From the NCBI GenBank assembly GCA_048013815.1, contig CM106586.1:21452001-21516000 (forward strand): a stretch of 64,000 bases of DNA. The letters are read 5' to 3'. The stretch is from Setoptus koraiensis (taxonomy: Eukaryota; Animalia; Arthropoda). The notes below the pieces were generated by a model that worked only from the letters and a program-made list of their open reading frames with translations, did not search any database and had not been told where the DNA came from. Below are positions 33,057-46,300 of the stretch, one piece after another. Positions within the stretch are counted from its first letter, which is position 1. Every line of letters starts with the position of its first letter. Made by a program: the position numbers and the translations under genes.

Positions 33057-36000
33057 CAGCCCGACAACAAGTGCATCAGTGACCAGCTTGACCGGTGGTC
33101 GGCGCACAACAAATATTGACACTTGGCCGTCGATTGTCCGCGCCACTCGACAATGGGCGCTCGCCCGGGCCTGACCGAGCCTGTTGTCGCTGTTTGTTGT
33201 TGTCCCAACACTCGTCTCGCCGTCAACAGCCGACAGCGGTTGCGAGTCTGACAGCGGTTGCGAGTTTGTTGTTGTGCGCCAGTCGACAACAACAAACAAC
33301 CTGTTTGAACCAAGCTCAATTTCTGTGCGATTTCTGTGCGATTTCGGGCCGGTCTCGGCCCGGTTTCGGGCCGGTTTCTGGACGGCGCGCGGATAATGAC
33401 CGCTCATGCACGGCGTCTGTGCATGCGAGACACGCCGGCCGCCACCAACAAAATTGCAAAATGCGAGCGCCCTCCCGGCGAAATCTTATCTAATCGCGAG
33501 TTCATCTCGCCACTAATCCGATTCACGGCCACTCCGGCGCGGCCTCGCCGGCCGCGTCTCACCGCGGCGATCTCACCGCGACGATCTCACCGAGACGATC
33601 TCAGTGCCCGTGCGTGTGCTGACCGCACCGGCAACATCGGCGCTATCATGTGGGCTATCGTGTGGCTGTTACGGCATCATTGTGTGTGTGTTGTTGCGCG
33701 TTGAATTGTGTCCGAGCGACACGACGGCCGGCTTCGCATGATTGATTGGATCGTTAATTTATGGTCGCCGGCCAATAAATTAGCCCGCCCGTAGCCCGGC
33801 CGCACCGTCTGGTAGCCGCGTACGCAAGCCAATGGCGGCCGCGTATGCGAGCGGCCGAGAGCGGCCGAGAGCGGCTGCGGTCGGCGAGCGTGATTTGCAA
33901 GATGAGCCGAGATTTCATTTAATTTATGTGATTGCTCATGTCATCGGCGCTCGTAATTGACTTTCGTCCGGCCTGTGCACTTGTGACTCACTAGTTGTGA
34001 GACTCGGCAGCCTGTTCATTATGAACAGTTCATATCGCCCTTCGGATGTCCATGTTTCGTGGCCTAAACGACACGCCGATGCAAGCGGCTAATGGCTTGT
34101 TTCTCGCCATTATCGCTCCATTCGGCTGCCCAATCTCGGCCAGTCTGGCTCGCTCGCAAGCAGCGCTCGTCAGCGTTGGCCCGAAGCCAGATTGTTATTG
34201 ATATTGCGCAACATTGATAGTTCGGACGCAGTGACCATGCTGCACACTGGCCATTAAAGTGCGCGATAAACTCGCAGCTCCAACTGCCGCCGCTCGGCTC
34301 GCGAATCGCCGCGTCGGCGCTAATCGCGGCCGCGGCCGGCCAACGGACCGGCCAACAGACCGCCGAAAACTGACCGCTCGAGACAGACCGACAAGAGCGG
34401 ACAGCCGATACACAAACCGCTTCGGGCCAGCGCCGCCGCGCCATTCACAACATGAGCAACAAGTGTCAAAATTATGACTCATTAATCAACTAATGAGCTC
34501 GCCCGCCACACACACAAATGTATAAATAACTAGCCATAAATACGCCGCAAACAGATGCTACCGGCCGACCGGCCGGCGTCGGCTTCACTCGTGAATTCGC
34601 GCCGACATTCGCATATTTATATGTATTTTTCGCATATAATACGACATTCGTGTGCAACATTCATGCACAATATTCATGCGTTGTAGGCGATATTCATGTG
34701 CGACAGTCTCAGGCGATATTCATGTGCGACAGTCGCATGCAATGTCCATGTGGTGTTCGTATGTGATAGCCGATGAATCATGATGAATCGTGGTGAATCA
34801 TGGTGAATCATGGTGAATCATGGCCCGCGATTCGTGATTCACGGCCCGTGATTCATCGGCCGATTTCTGCGCTGCGCCAGCCTCTGCGAATCGCGCCGAT
34901 TGTGCCAACGGTGGCCCGATTCGCTAATTACGATAATTACTATAATTGGCAGCAGTGGCACATTTGCAGCCTCCAACTGTCGCTGTGCGCGCCAGTGTCG
35001 CTGCTCCGTTCCGGCCCGGTCGGCCGATCCGGCCCAAGCTCGCGCGGTCGCGCATCGGAGCGGTCGAGCGTCGAAGCGGATGCGGCCAGTTCGGCGCGCC
35101 GGCCGCACATTGCCCGTCGAGGGCGACACTGAAACTAATCGATTTGCACACTCTGTGTAAGTGCAGTGGGCACAGTGCCATTGTCTTTGGTGCCATTTTC
35201 GGTGCGTGTGCGACACGGCGCATTAGCCGGCACCCAGTGGTTTTAATTTGCACGAGCCGCCGGCCCGTTCGTGCAATTATGACAGCTCCCGAGTTGGCAG
35301 CGCGAACCCGTTTGCACGCGGCCCGTGCACGCCGCGCCGCCGCAGCCAGACACCGTCAAAACTCGTCCGAAAGGAACTCACAATTTAAATTTCGAGACGC
35401 GGCGAGTTTGGCAAATTTGCGAAATTGGCGAACGCGCTCTCTTCCGTATGGGTTTGCGCCGCTGTTGTCGTTGTTGTCGGTGTTGCTGTTGCCGGTGTCG
35501 CTGATGTCGCTGCCGTTGTGTTCGCGACGACCCATTGGGCCCATTCAGCGAACCTCCGACAACTCTAACAATGGACGCATTGATTTCTCATTTGCATACT
35601 GCCATTGTTGCAGCGACTGTCGCTGTCGTTGTCGCTGTCGTTGTTGTTGTCGTTGTTGTTGTCGTTGTATGCTCAGTGTTTTGTGCCCAGCGTTGTGCTC
35701 CATGTTGTGCTCCATGTTGTGCTTTCAACGTGCTCGAGAGTGTTGTCGTTGGCGATGTTTGTGTCGGTGTTAATCTAGTTAACTCCGGCCCGACAACTCA
35801 AGCATCTGGCATCATTATCGGCGACACTATAAACATTATAATTTACAAACGCGCCTCGCAGGTAACCAAACGGACACTGCGCCGCGTTCGCAGTTCGCAA
35901 GCAACAGCTTGCTCGCCTCTGGCGGCCAGAATCCGGCAACCAGAGTCTGGCAACCAGAGTTCGGTTGGCGGCCACTCCAAGCCACTTGAGCACTGTTGGC

Positions 36001-39000
36001 ATAACCCGAGCGGAGAGAGTGTCCCGAGGAGCGTCCGCGCCGCGGCCAGCGGGCTCGCTGCGAGGCCGGCCCGGCGAACAGCCGACGACGGCCCGGCGGA
36101 CGGTCGACGACGGCCAGGCGGACGGCCGAGGGCGGCGCTCCAATCGGCTGCAAGTTCGAGCCAGAGTGTCGGTGCGACGGCACAGAACAACTTTTTTCTC
36201 GCGTCCTCTTTACGTGTTTGTTTTTAAACAACAACAACAACAACACTCTCGAGCGTGCAAACACGTTCCCTGTCACTGTCCAACAGCGTCGCTTGTGTGC
36301 CACGTGAAGCGCGAGCCGGACACTCGGGCCGGGAATGTGCGCCGGCCAGAAGCGGCCACTTTGTTCGACTTTGCGTCCATCGTTCGCTTTGCGTCCATCG
36401 TTGGCAGTGCGAATTCGCACAATGCGCCGGCCGGTCAGCGCGGCTCGACAATGCGGCCTGACAATGCGGCCAGCAACAAATGGAACGAGAGCGATCTGTT
36501 GTCGGCGCGTCCGTTGACAATTGGCAGCGCAAAACGCGACCAATGGGCAGGCTCAGTTGGCTTCGAACTCGCAGGTTCGAGTCTCGAACTTCGAAGCCAC
36601 CGAACGGGCGTTTGTTTGCGTTTGTGCGTGCGTGCGCCAGCACGGGATAGTTGTGCTAACGGTGCCAACTGTCCGCTTGTGCGTCCTTTGTGGCGGCAGC
36701 GCAGCGAAGAAGCGAGCGGCCGAAGAAGCGAGAGCGCGACAGAACGAAGAAGCGACAGAGCGAAGAAGCGAATTCCTGCTCGTTGGACACAATTGCGCAC
36801 AACTCCTCACAACTCCCCACAATTGCACACAATTGCGACGGTTCGAAACGCGCCGAGAGCGTGTTCGCGGCGCATTGTTTGCCGCGACAAACACGCGCTC
36901 ACCTTTCGACTTGCGCCCGTTGTACCTGGCCGCTGGGGCGCCCGGCCAACGCGCACCAATCGACGGCAACTTTGTGGCAGCGACACAACGATCGTTGTTG
37001 TCGCTGGCGCAAAGTTGATCGCCGATTACAAGCACTTACAGCGGACGACCCCGGCGGCCCGACAGCCGACAGACAGCTCAATCGGGCCGCGACCCGCGCG
37101 CCACCTACGCCCGTCTGTGGCCGGCCCGACGCAGCCGCTCTCAATTCGGCCCGACGACTATTCGGGCCGACGACTATTCGGGCCGACAACAGCGACACGA
37201 CGACAGCAACGACACGACGACACGACGACACGACGCTCCGGCGAACACGTGAACGGGCCGGTGAGGCAAACACGCGCTGACAAACACGCAGCGGCGAGTG
37301 ACAATTGATGGGTCCATTTGCATACTTGGCACGGGGGTGCGTTAGCGCATATGCCATGAATGTGATTATGTCACACGATTGTGTCAGCCGCGCGATCAAG
37401 AGATAATACACGCAACTGTCACAATATTAGTCAGCGGCTCTCAACCTCTCGAACCGGCCGCGTCTAGCGCCAACCGGGCCGCCGACCGCCCGCCAGTGAC
37501 ACCGCTGACCGTCAGAGTCTGACGGGGCCCGGCCGCAAAAAGTGACAATTGCAATATCTGGCATCTCGCCATGAGAAAGTGTCACTGTTGTGCGTCTTGT
37601 TGTGCGTCGTGTCGCGCGTTGCGTCGCGCGGGGCCCGGCGCGTCGCCCGACGGGCGCACCTAACGAGCCGCGATACACGTATGAATATGTGCATCGCGGT
37701 ATAACGCGGTTATGTGGCGCGGCGTTGTGCACGGGCCCGCGCGGCGCCAAGTGAGTCATCGCACGTGCGACTCCGCCCGTACGCAATTCCGTTTTGTCTC
37801 GGGCGCGTGCTGCGCGCCTGCCGGCCCCAATCCCGTGCTAGTTGTCGGCGCCCTCGAGAATCTCGAGTCGCGAGATATTGAGCATTGTGCGTTGAGCTGT
37901 GCGGAGCGCGCTGCCGAGCATGCAGCGGGCACACGGCGGCCAGGGTATTTTTGGCGCACTCAATCAAATGAATATTAATTCGGAACGATCGCCGGCCGGC
38001 CAACGGCGGCCCGCTCCGAGGGGCCCGTTTGTCCGATTGCGCTGTCGCAAGTTGCGCTGTCGCAAGGTCGCCCCTGATGATCGGACTCTCATGATCAGGC
38101 TCCGATGATCGCACTCTGATGATCGGACTCCGCTGATGGGAGGGCCACTCGACGGCTTCGAGGCGCCGCCGCTGAGCTACTCGCGCCGATCGCACGCCAA
38201 AGAGCCGTGCGGCGGGCTGTGACCGAATATGATTGGCCCGAGCCGCCTGAAGTGACTCACGCTCCGTTTGTTTCGGCCGCCGGGCGACCCGTTCAACGGT
38301 TTGGGCCGCCGGGCCGGCCCGCCCGTACGTGGGCCCAATCAAACTTAAACGGTGGCCGAATATCATTTTCGCGGCACAAGCCAACAATGCGACCGGCCCG
38401 TCGTCTTGCAATCTTGCCCGCGCGCCCGCCGCCGGATATGGCATTGAGTGTCGGATATTGGCCACTGTGCGCTCCATTTTGTAATGGAGTGCCGACCGGG
38501 CCGGGCATTATTAATCAACGTTCGCAGGGATTATTGCTCACGCGCTGATGACCAAGCACTTTTCGAGTGCATCTTGGTTCTGCGCCGCCAGCGCCCCTCT
38601 CGGCCGGCGATCACTGTCGTCCGGCCGCCCGCCAAACGCATATCGCACACACGCTACAGTAAATACTACACCCTCGATACAGTATATCCATCCATATATA
38701 TATATATGTACCCAAACGCTCAAGAATCAATATTTCTGGAATGGGGCCCCCGCGACAGTTGTTACATCATCGCTGCTCGAGTCGCGCCGCGCACTGTTTA
38801 CCTAGAGGATAATGCATTGCTGCACATAATGCTCGCAGCTCGGGCCTCTGCACACAGCGCGGTTGCCGGGGGCGCTCCGGCGAGGGCCGCTCGAAGCTGA
38901 GCGTCTGCTCAATGAGGCTTAAACCGCCCCATTGATCCGCCGATATCTCAGAGTCTGTGATCGGTGGCTCGATCACAGTTGCCCGGCTCGCGTGATCCGG

Positions 39001-41556
39001 CGCTGGCCGCCGCAGCCCAGCATTGGGGGCGCTCGCAGTGGGCGATATTTGGAGCTCGCAGTGGGCGATATTTGGGCGCTTGCAGCGGGTCCCCAAATAT
39101 CGGGCTCGCAAATTTTGCCCGACGGTCGCCGGGCATCGCAGTCGGGCCGACCGAGTCCCGAAGGCTATAGGTCGGCCTCGTTGTCGGATCAACCCGGCGC
39201 GACAATTGTCATCGGTTATATAGGACGGCGCCCATTGTACCGGCGGCAAGTGTCGTCGCGGAGCTGGCAAGAACAAAAGCGCTGCCAGAATGCGGGCCGC
39301 GCGACTTTTCGGCCCGATCGACTCAGCGGCATTTTTGGCCCGGTCGACTCAGCGGCGCTTAGTTGTTGGCACACAATTGCCACTTGTCCGGCGAGACTTG
39401 TCGCAGTGTCGGCCGCTGGGGCGCCGCCACGCCGAATCAAATTGACTGAATTCTGATTAATAGCTGACGAGCAGCGTCTTGCGTTGCGCCAGCTGCCGCC
39501 ACCGCGGGCCCCAAAACACGGCACAATGCGCTCTTCAGTAGACAATCTCTGGCTGCCGGTTGCCCCTCTCTGTCACCGGTGTCACACTGGCCGCTGGTTG
39601 CTGGCCGCTGGCTCGCGTCGCACCGGTGACAGACGTAGCCGGCGCCGACCGTTGGGGCCCGACGAGGCGGCCGGCAAAAGAATGGCGAGTAACGAGCAAC
39701 GAGCGACGAGCAGCGAATAAGAACGCAAAGAAGCGACCAAAGAGAAAAGGAGCCAAAAGAATTCATTAGGCAAACGGCGGCGCCAAACTAATGAGCGCAA
39801 ACGCGTGCTCACTGGGCGCCCCCATTGCGCACCGTCTAATGATTGCTTATGACGCAATTGCAATTGCCTCATAAGCGATCCTCATGGCAGCTCGTGTTGG
39901 GTGTGCAGTGATTCAATTGCGTCATGATTTATGCCGCGTGCTGCCTGTTGTGCGCCTGTGGCCAACACAACGTGTTACGCGCAACAGATCAGCGCGTCAT
40001 TGCGTAACAAACGTTCTTTTTGACGGCTCAATGCTGTTGTTGTTGTTGTTTGTGCCGGTGGCCGGTTCGAACGGTTGCCACCGGAAAGGTGGCGGCTACG
40101 TTTCGAATGTCGCCACTCGCAATTGCGAGTGTGGCGACTCATTAATAGCGATTGATTAACAGCGATTGATTAACAGCGATTGATTAATAGAAACGCGCGG
40201 CGCCATTTCAATATATTATGTGACTGTTGACTGGCGCCGTCAGCGCGTCGCGGGGCCCCACTCAGGAGCTGAGGCGACAGGCGGGCGCGAAGGCGCCAAA
40301 ATTCAATTAGCGACACTGCTCACGACAGGCGAGCGATCCGGCCGGCTCATTACAAATTAATATGTCGTGACGGGCTCGGCGTACACAATTAATTTATCCG
40401 CACAGCGCGCTCAATTATGCGCTCAATTAACGTCCGGCCCGCAGACGTGTCTCACTTGCGCGATCTGTCAGTGCCGGCTCGCAACGTGTCGCCAATTGTT
40501 TGGCACGTCGGAGCTGCGCCAGAGCTCGGACGTGGCCAGAGCTGCGGGCTCGACGGCCAGCGACGGGCTGCCGACGCGGACAACGGCGACTCAATTAGCG
40601 GCCCGGCGCTGCGAGCAGCGGCCCAATTGTGACGCCGCACGGGCCAACTCGAAATGTCAGGTCGCATTGCTGCACGCACCGCGTAAACGGGCTCTCGTTT
40701 CGCACGAGCCTTCCGAGACGTTCGCGGCCTTCGAAGCGTTCGAGGCGTTCGAGGCGTTCGAAGTGTTTGAGGCGTTCGAAGCGCTCGAAGCGAGCCGAAT
40801 CGGCCAACCTCATCAGACGGCCGGTTAGCACGCGATGCCGATCGCTGTCACCAGTTGATCTGTTTTGAGCGACTGTCACTGACAATTTTGTCTGCCAATT
40901 GTTGTCTGGCAATTTGTTGTTGGCGGTTGTGCGAGTAACGCGTAAATTGCGTGTCTCTATCATGTCGCTCTCATCTCATCTATTATCCGCTTCGAAAGCA
41001 CCAATTGCACTTGCCGCGCCGGCCACGCACTTGCCCGAGCTCGAATCTCGCCCGAACTAGAAGCTTGCACGAATTAGAATTCTTGTTGCAGCCTCCAATT
41101 CCGAGCCGTGCCAGAGAGGCCTGCGCTGTGCACAGGTGAGTGCGCCGTTGTCCGGTCATCGGGCCGAACAACTGGACACATTCGTGCGCGAACGTGTCGT
41201 CGTCGGCGCACGTTGCTCGCTGCTGTTGCTGCTGCTGTCGTTGTCGTTGTTGCCGTTGTTGTCGTTGTTGCTGCTGTCGCGGCCGCACCAGCCAACAACA
41301 ACAGCAACAACAACAACAACAACAGCGACTGACACCGCGCCACGCCCAGCGTCCCCTCTCAGCGGCGTCTGCTTACGTGCGAATGGCCCGCGGATGGCAT
41401 GATATCCATTCTTTGCGAACGCAATGCTGCAATGCACCGCTCAATGCGGCCAGTCGGCCGACGGCTTCGAACTCGCGAGTTCGCAGTTCGCTGTTCGGCG
41501 CTCGCGTTCGCTGTTCGGCGCTCGCGGTTCGCTGTTTGGAGGACGTTTCTCGGGCG

Positions 41557-41600
41557 TTCGAAGCCAGTTCGAAGCCAGTTCGAAGCCAGTTCGAAGCCAG
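41557..41600. repeat. 11-bp tandem repeat (TTCGAAGCCAG)x4
   Basis: Read directly from the sequence. Confidence 0.88.
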
Positions 41601-43330
41601 TGCGCGGTTGCTGCAGGTTGTTGGCGGCCGTCAACTGGCGACGGAGCAGCCCCAACTTGAGACTCGCAAGGAACCGGCGTGCCTGTCACACTGGCCGTAT
41701 CAGTCATATTAGTGGCACTGTCATTGCGCGGGCCAACCGCGCCGCTCGGAGCGCCGCGCAGAGGCCAGGTGAGAGCCAGATTAACGGTTATGAGCCGACG
41801 CAAAGCGACCGCTTGTTTCGGCCCCTTTCAACTGGCCGTCGTCCTCTTGTCCCGTCGGTCGCAGGGCGAGCCCGAGTCGACCGACTCAAGGCTCGACAGC
41901 GGCCTCTGCGGGCCGCTCGTGCGATGTCACTGTGGCGTGTGCGCGCCGCTCGGCAGGCCCGATCCAGCGCTGTCCGCATCGCGCGCTGTCCGCATCGGGC
42001 GATCGCTGAATCGGGCGAGAAGTGAGAGAAGTGAAAGAAGCGACAGGCGAGAGAAGCGACAGGCGAGAGAAGCGAGAAGCCGGTTGCGCAACGCTCGCCC
42101 GTGAACCCGCGCCGTGAGCGCGGGCGCGATCGATCGAGCGGACGGGAACAAGTTCAAGCTGGCCGGCTAATTATGTATTGCAACGAGCCCGGCTAATGAT
42201 CCACTCCCTGTTATCGCGCACAGGTGATCGTCATTAGCATAATCATTCATTGGCCGGCCGGCCGAGCGAGCCGATGAATGCAATATCCGAGCGAGCCGAT
42301 GAATGCAATATGACGGCCGCCGTCGCTTCTCGTTCTCGGAAGGCCAACGATTGTGGCAGTAATTGTAGAATTGCCGCAATCGTCCGATCGGCGCCGGCCC
42401 GACGCATGAGCGCGGCCCGACCCGCGGCCGACACCGGCAACAGTATTCAGCGGCAGCAGCGTTCACGGACACCGGCTAATCCGGTCGTCGTCGCGCCGTC
42501 TAAGCTGATTTGCTTCAATTTGCTTCAATTGCGCGAAACCCGATACTCGCCGCTCTCGGTGCGGTTGTTGTTGTTGTTGCTGCTGTCGCGGTTGCTGTCG
42601 TTGTTGCTCTCGGCGCGGATGTTGGCGCGGCGGTTGGCGCGGTTGTTGTGTGCAGTGGCATTGCACAACTGCAAACAAACCTGCCGTTGACCTGCCCGAC
42701 TTAATCGCTCTCGCGAGCGCTTGTTTGCTGGCCGGAGTGGCGTCCGTTTGCAGCGCCAGCAAACACTGCGAAACGGGCAAAACGCGGCCAAACAAGCGAA
42801 ACAAAACGCTGGCAAACGTCTCACAAGTCAGACCGAATTGGCCGACTGAACGCTGGCCGAAACGACCTCTCAGCTCATTGGCTCATTGTCTTGTTAGCGG
42901 CCGCTGCCCGAGCGCTCGGCCGGCCGTCGGGCCGGCCCGCGACCCGCGAACCTTGATTCGAGGTTCGGGTTGGCGATTTTGAGTTTCGGGTTTGCAGTTT
43001 TGAATTTGCGGGTCTGCGATTCGAATTGTGAATCGGATTCGGCTCAGTGTGCGAGCGCGTGGCTCTCGCACCTCGCTACGGGCCGGTTGCTGCGAGCGGC
43101 CCGTCGCAGCTATCGGGCCAACAAGTGCCGCTGCGAGCGAGCTGAATGGGCGAGAACGGAAAAGAAGCGGCCAGAGAAGCGGCCGAGAGGCAGCGAACGC
43201 GAAGCGGATAAAGCGGACCAAGTAAGCGCCTCGGAACGGTTCCAGTTGGCGATGGAGCTTATTGTAAGGCCGCCCACTTTCGCGAGGGCTGCAATTAAGT
43301 CGCAGCCAGGTTAAACTTTTTGTCTAGCGC

Positions 43331-43378
43331 TTGCTGCTCCGAAGCGTTTGCTGCTCCGAAGCGTTCGCTGCTCCGAAA
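43331..43378. repeat. 17-bp tandem repeat (TGCTGCTCCGAAGCGTT)x3
   Basis: Read directly from the sequence. Confidence 0.85.
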
Positions 43379-46300
43379 AGTGAGCCACTCAAATGAGATG
43401 AGAATAATTGATTAGCCGGCATGGGCTGGGCCCGGCGCGAACAACTCGCACCAACTGCAATCATGCAAATGGAAGCCACCCTAATCTGGCTACCGGGCAC
43501 CGGCCGCTATCATCTATCAGCTATCATGGTCGGTGCGCTCGGCTCGCATTATCCGGCCGCGAGCGGTGCCGACGCGATCAGATTAAACTCTAATCACTAT
43601 TATCATTAGAGCGCACTGGCCACTCTCGGCAGCCGATGTTGCCGCTCGAATAGCGGCCGACTCATATCGCAATACAACGATACGAAAATACGAAAATGAA
43701 AAAACACAGAAATACGAAAATAAGAAAGCACAAAAAGATGAAAATATGAAAATTTGAAAACATACTCCTCGCACGGCCACAAGCCGACCAAGCCAGTGCA
43801 TGCCCCGGCAAAAAGTTGCGCCAATAGTTATGTAATGTGCAATATGTAGCTAGCCGGGCCGGACGAGCATAAATCACGCCAGGCTGTGGCAAAAACATAT
43901 CAGTGTAACACATTGTGGCTACATATATGTGAGCGATGCAAGCTGGGCGCCCACGTGCCCGTCCGGCCCGTCAAACACAAAGCCAATTGTGTTTTGGCCT
44001 AACTGTTGGCATAACTCAATTAATAAATCATTTTGGCACTTGTTGATGGCCAGACCTCCCTGTCGCGCCATCAACAAGCCCAGCCGCTTAATTTAATATT
44101 AATTTAATTTAGCATCATCATAATTTACTGCATTTGGCGCATCTGCGTGCCCCCTCGGTGCCGTACTCACGGCTGACCTGGCTCCGATTTCCAAAAGGTT
44201 TCACCTGTTTCGCAGCTCCAACGAGCTCGCAACAGCCGCAGTGCTCCGGACAAGCCGGCACTGCAAGCGCAAACGAGCTCAACGTGCCCTCGATTCGAAG
44301 CCAACGGATTCCGAGCTTGCAACTCGCAATTCGAGCTGCGAATTTCCAGCTTCCAATTGCCAATTTCGAGCCTCCAATCGCGAACTTCGAGCCGCGAACG
44401 CGAATAAGCGCCCCTCTGGGTCCTTGTCGCGTTCGCGAGCTTCTCTCACTCGCCGTCGCATCGCCGGCAGCCCAAACCACATATAACTGCATCTCTGTAC
44501 GACTGTGCAAGCACCAAATATCCAGATACATAATGCTAACCTGTCTATGTCTTTTGTATTCCTTGTCACCAAACCTTGTGCCCGTTGCCACGCCACCACA
44601 TGATGCCGCCAATTGTCGCCGCTGCGACCCGACAGGTAAGTGATCGATTCGTGAGCTTGCGCCCGAAATTCCCACTCGCAGAGTCAAAAATCGCGTTGAA
44701 ATTTCGTTCCAATTCTTGGTTTGTGCTCGAGATTTGTCGTGCAAACGCTCGTGTTATTTGAAGAGCGAATTTGAAATTTAACGTTTAAAATGCCAGCCAT
44801 TTGCGCCGGCGAGTTGCGGCCATTCGCATATTGTGATACACATATAAATAGCTGTTGCGGCTCACGTTGCGACAAATGCCGCGCACCACATAAATCAATT
44901 GTCCGGCCCGTTGCGTTGACCGCACTACCCAATGCTGAGCCGCGCCCGAGCGGTCAAGTCCGGCCAATTGAGTTGTCACTCGAGGGCCACTTGTTGCCCG
45001 TTCCATGATTTGGCATGTGTCATGTGTCGTCAGTGTCACTGACTCAGTGAGCCTCGTTTGTGCCGCTTGTGTCGCTTGTGTGGCAGCCCATAAAACTGTC
45101 AATTAGTCCATTGGCATTCTGTGGTGCCTCAATAGGTCGCCCGTTGAGCCGACCTATTGAGACATCGCCAATCAGTCAGGTCGGGCCGCAGTCGGGCAAC
45201 GCGGCCCGCGGTCGTGCCCAACGTGCCCCAACCGAGCGCTCGTTCCACTCGTCACTAATTGTGTGGCCGTGATTTATTTTTAGCTCGCACCGGCGCTCCT
45301 GTCAGCATTGACAGACCGTTGCACGGTCGGCGCTTCTCACGGTCGGCGCACCGACCCGTCGCTCGGCGTGTTTGATTCGGGTGCCGCCACACTCTGTGTT
45401 TTCAGCGAGTCAGTCAACAGGCCAGAGACCGCGCCAGAGACCGCGCCAGAGATTTTCCGCTCGTTGGCGGCCCGTTGCACGCGCCCGCCAGGCACCTGCG
45501 CCCGAAGCGGCCCGCAGTCTCTAATTAGGCCGGCGCCCTTCAGAGCGACAGCCCGCTAATGAGAGGGCGGCTCGGCTCAACTCGTTCCGTCGCTCCCACT
45601 GATCGCCTGGCCGGGCGTCTGATCGGGCGTCCGATTGAGCGTCCGACCGGCCGTCTGACTCCCAAAGCGACGGGCGACAAAACGAGCCGAACGAGTCACA
45701 GTCGGCACACACTGTGCCGTCTTTGTTTTGCGCCAGTTCCGGTGCAGCGGCACACGCAAGCTGAGGCGAGCTCGTTCGCAAGACGCCCCCACAAGCGGCC
45801 GACTGGCCGACGGATCGTGATTGTGCCATTATGTGTCATTGGCTTTGTTGTGCTCGCTTCGTGCCCGATTCGTGAGCTCGTTGCTCGCCCAGGCGGCTTG
45901 CCTACACCGTCTCGGGCCGGCACCGACGGTCACACCCGTGGCATTGCCGGCGCGGAATTGGCGCCGATCACGGGATGCGCCGGGCCGCTACAAACACACC
46001 CATGTGCGGTGTGTGTTGCCGACGGGTATGCTGCGGTGTCATGGTGGCTCGACGGCGCATACCTGTCGAGCTCATGTGGCCGGTGCATGCCAGATATACT
46101 AGCTAACAGATATGAGGTGTATATCAGATGATGTATGCGGCATATCTGACGATATCGGACGAGATGCCGAAGCGAGACGCGCGGTGCGCGCCGGCACAGC
46201 GGGCATGAGCGGGCCGGGCCGGCGGCCAATTTGCAATTCGCGATTCGCAATTCGCGATTTGCGATTCGCAACTTGCGCGCTCGCCAATTGCAGATGCAAT

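Noticed and set aside
35965-37308. 447-aa ORF and overlapping ORFs on both strands
   Set aside because: R/A/S/P-rich, repeat-derived, no domain motif; expected by chance in GC-rich, stop-poor DNA.
41003-41026. AATTGCACTTGCC.. resembling miR-92
   Set aside because: Only an 11-nt match, and no complementary 5' arm to form a hairpin.
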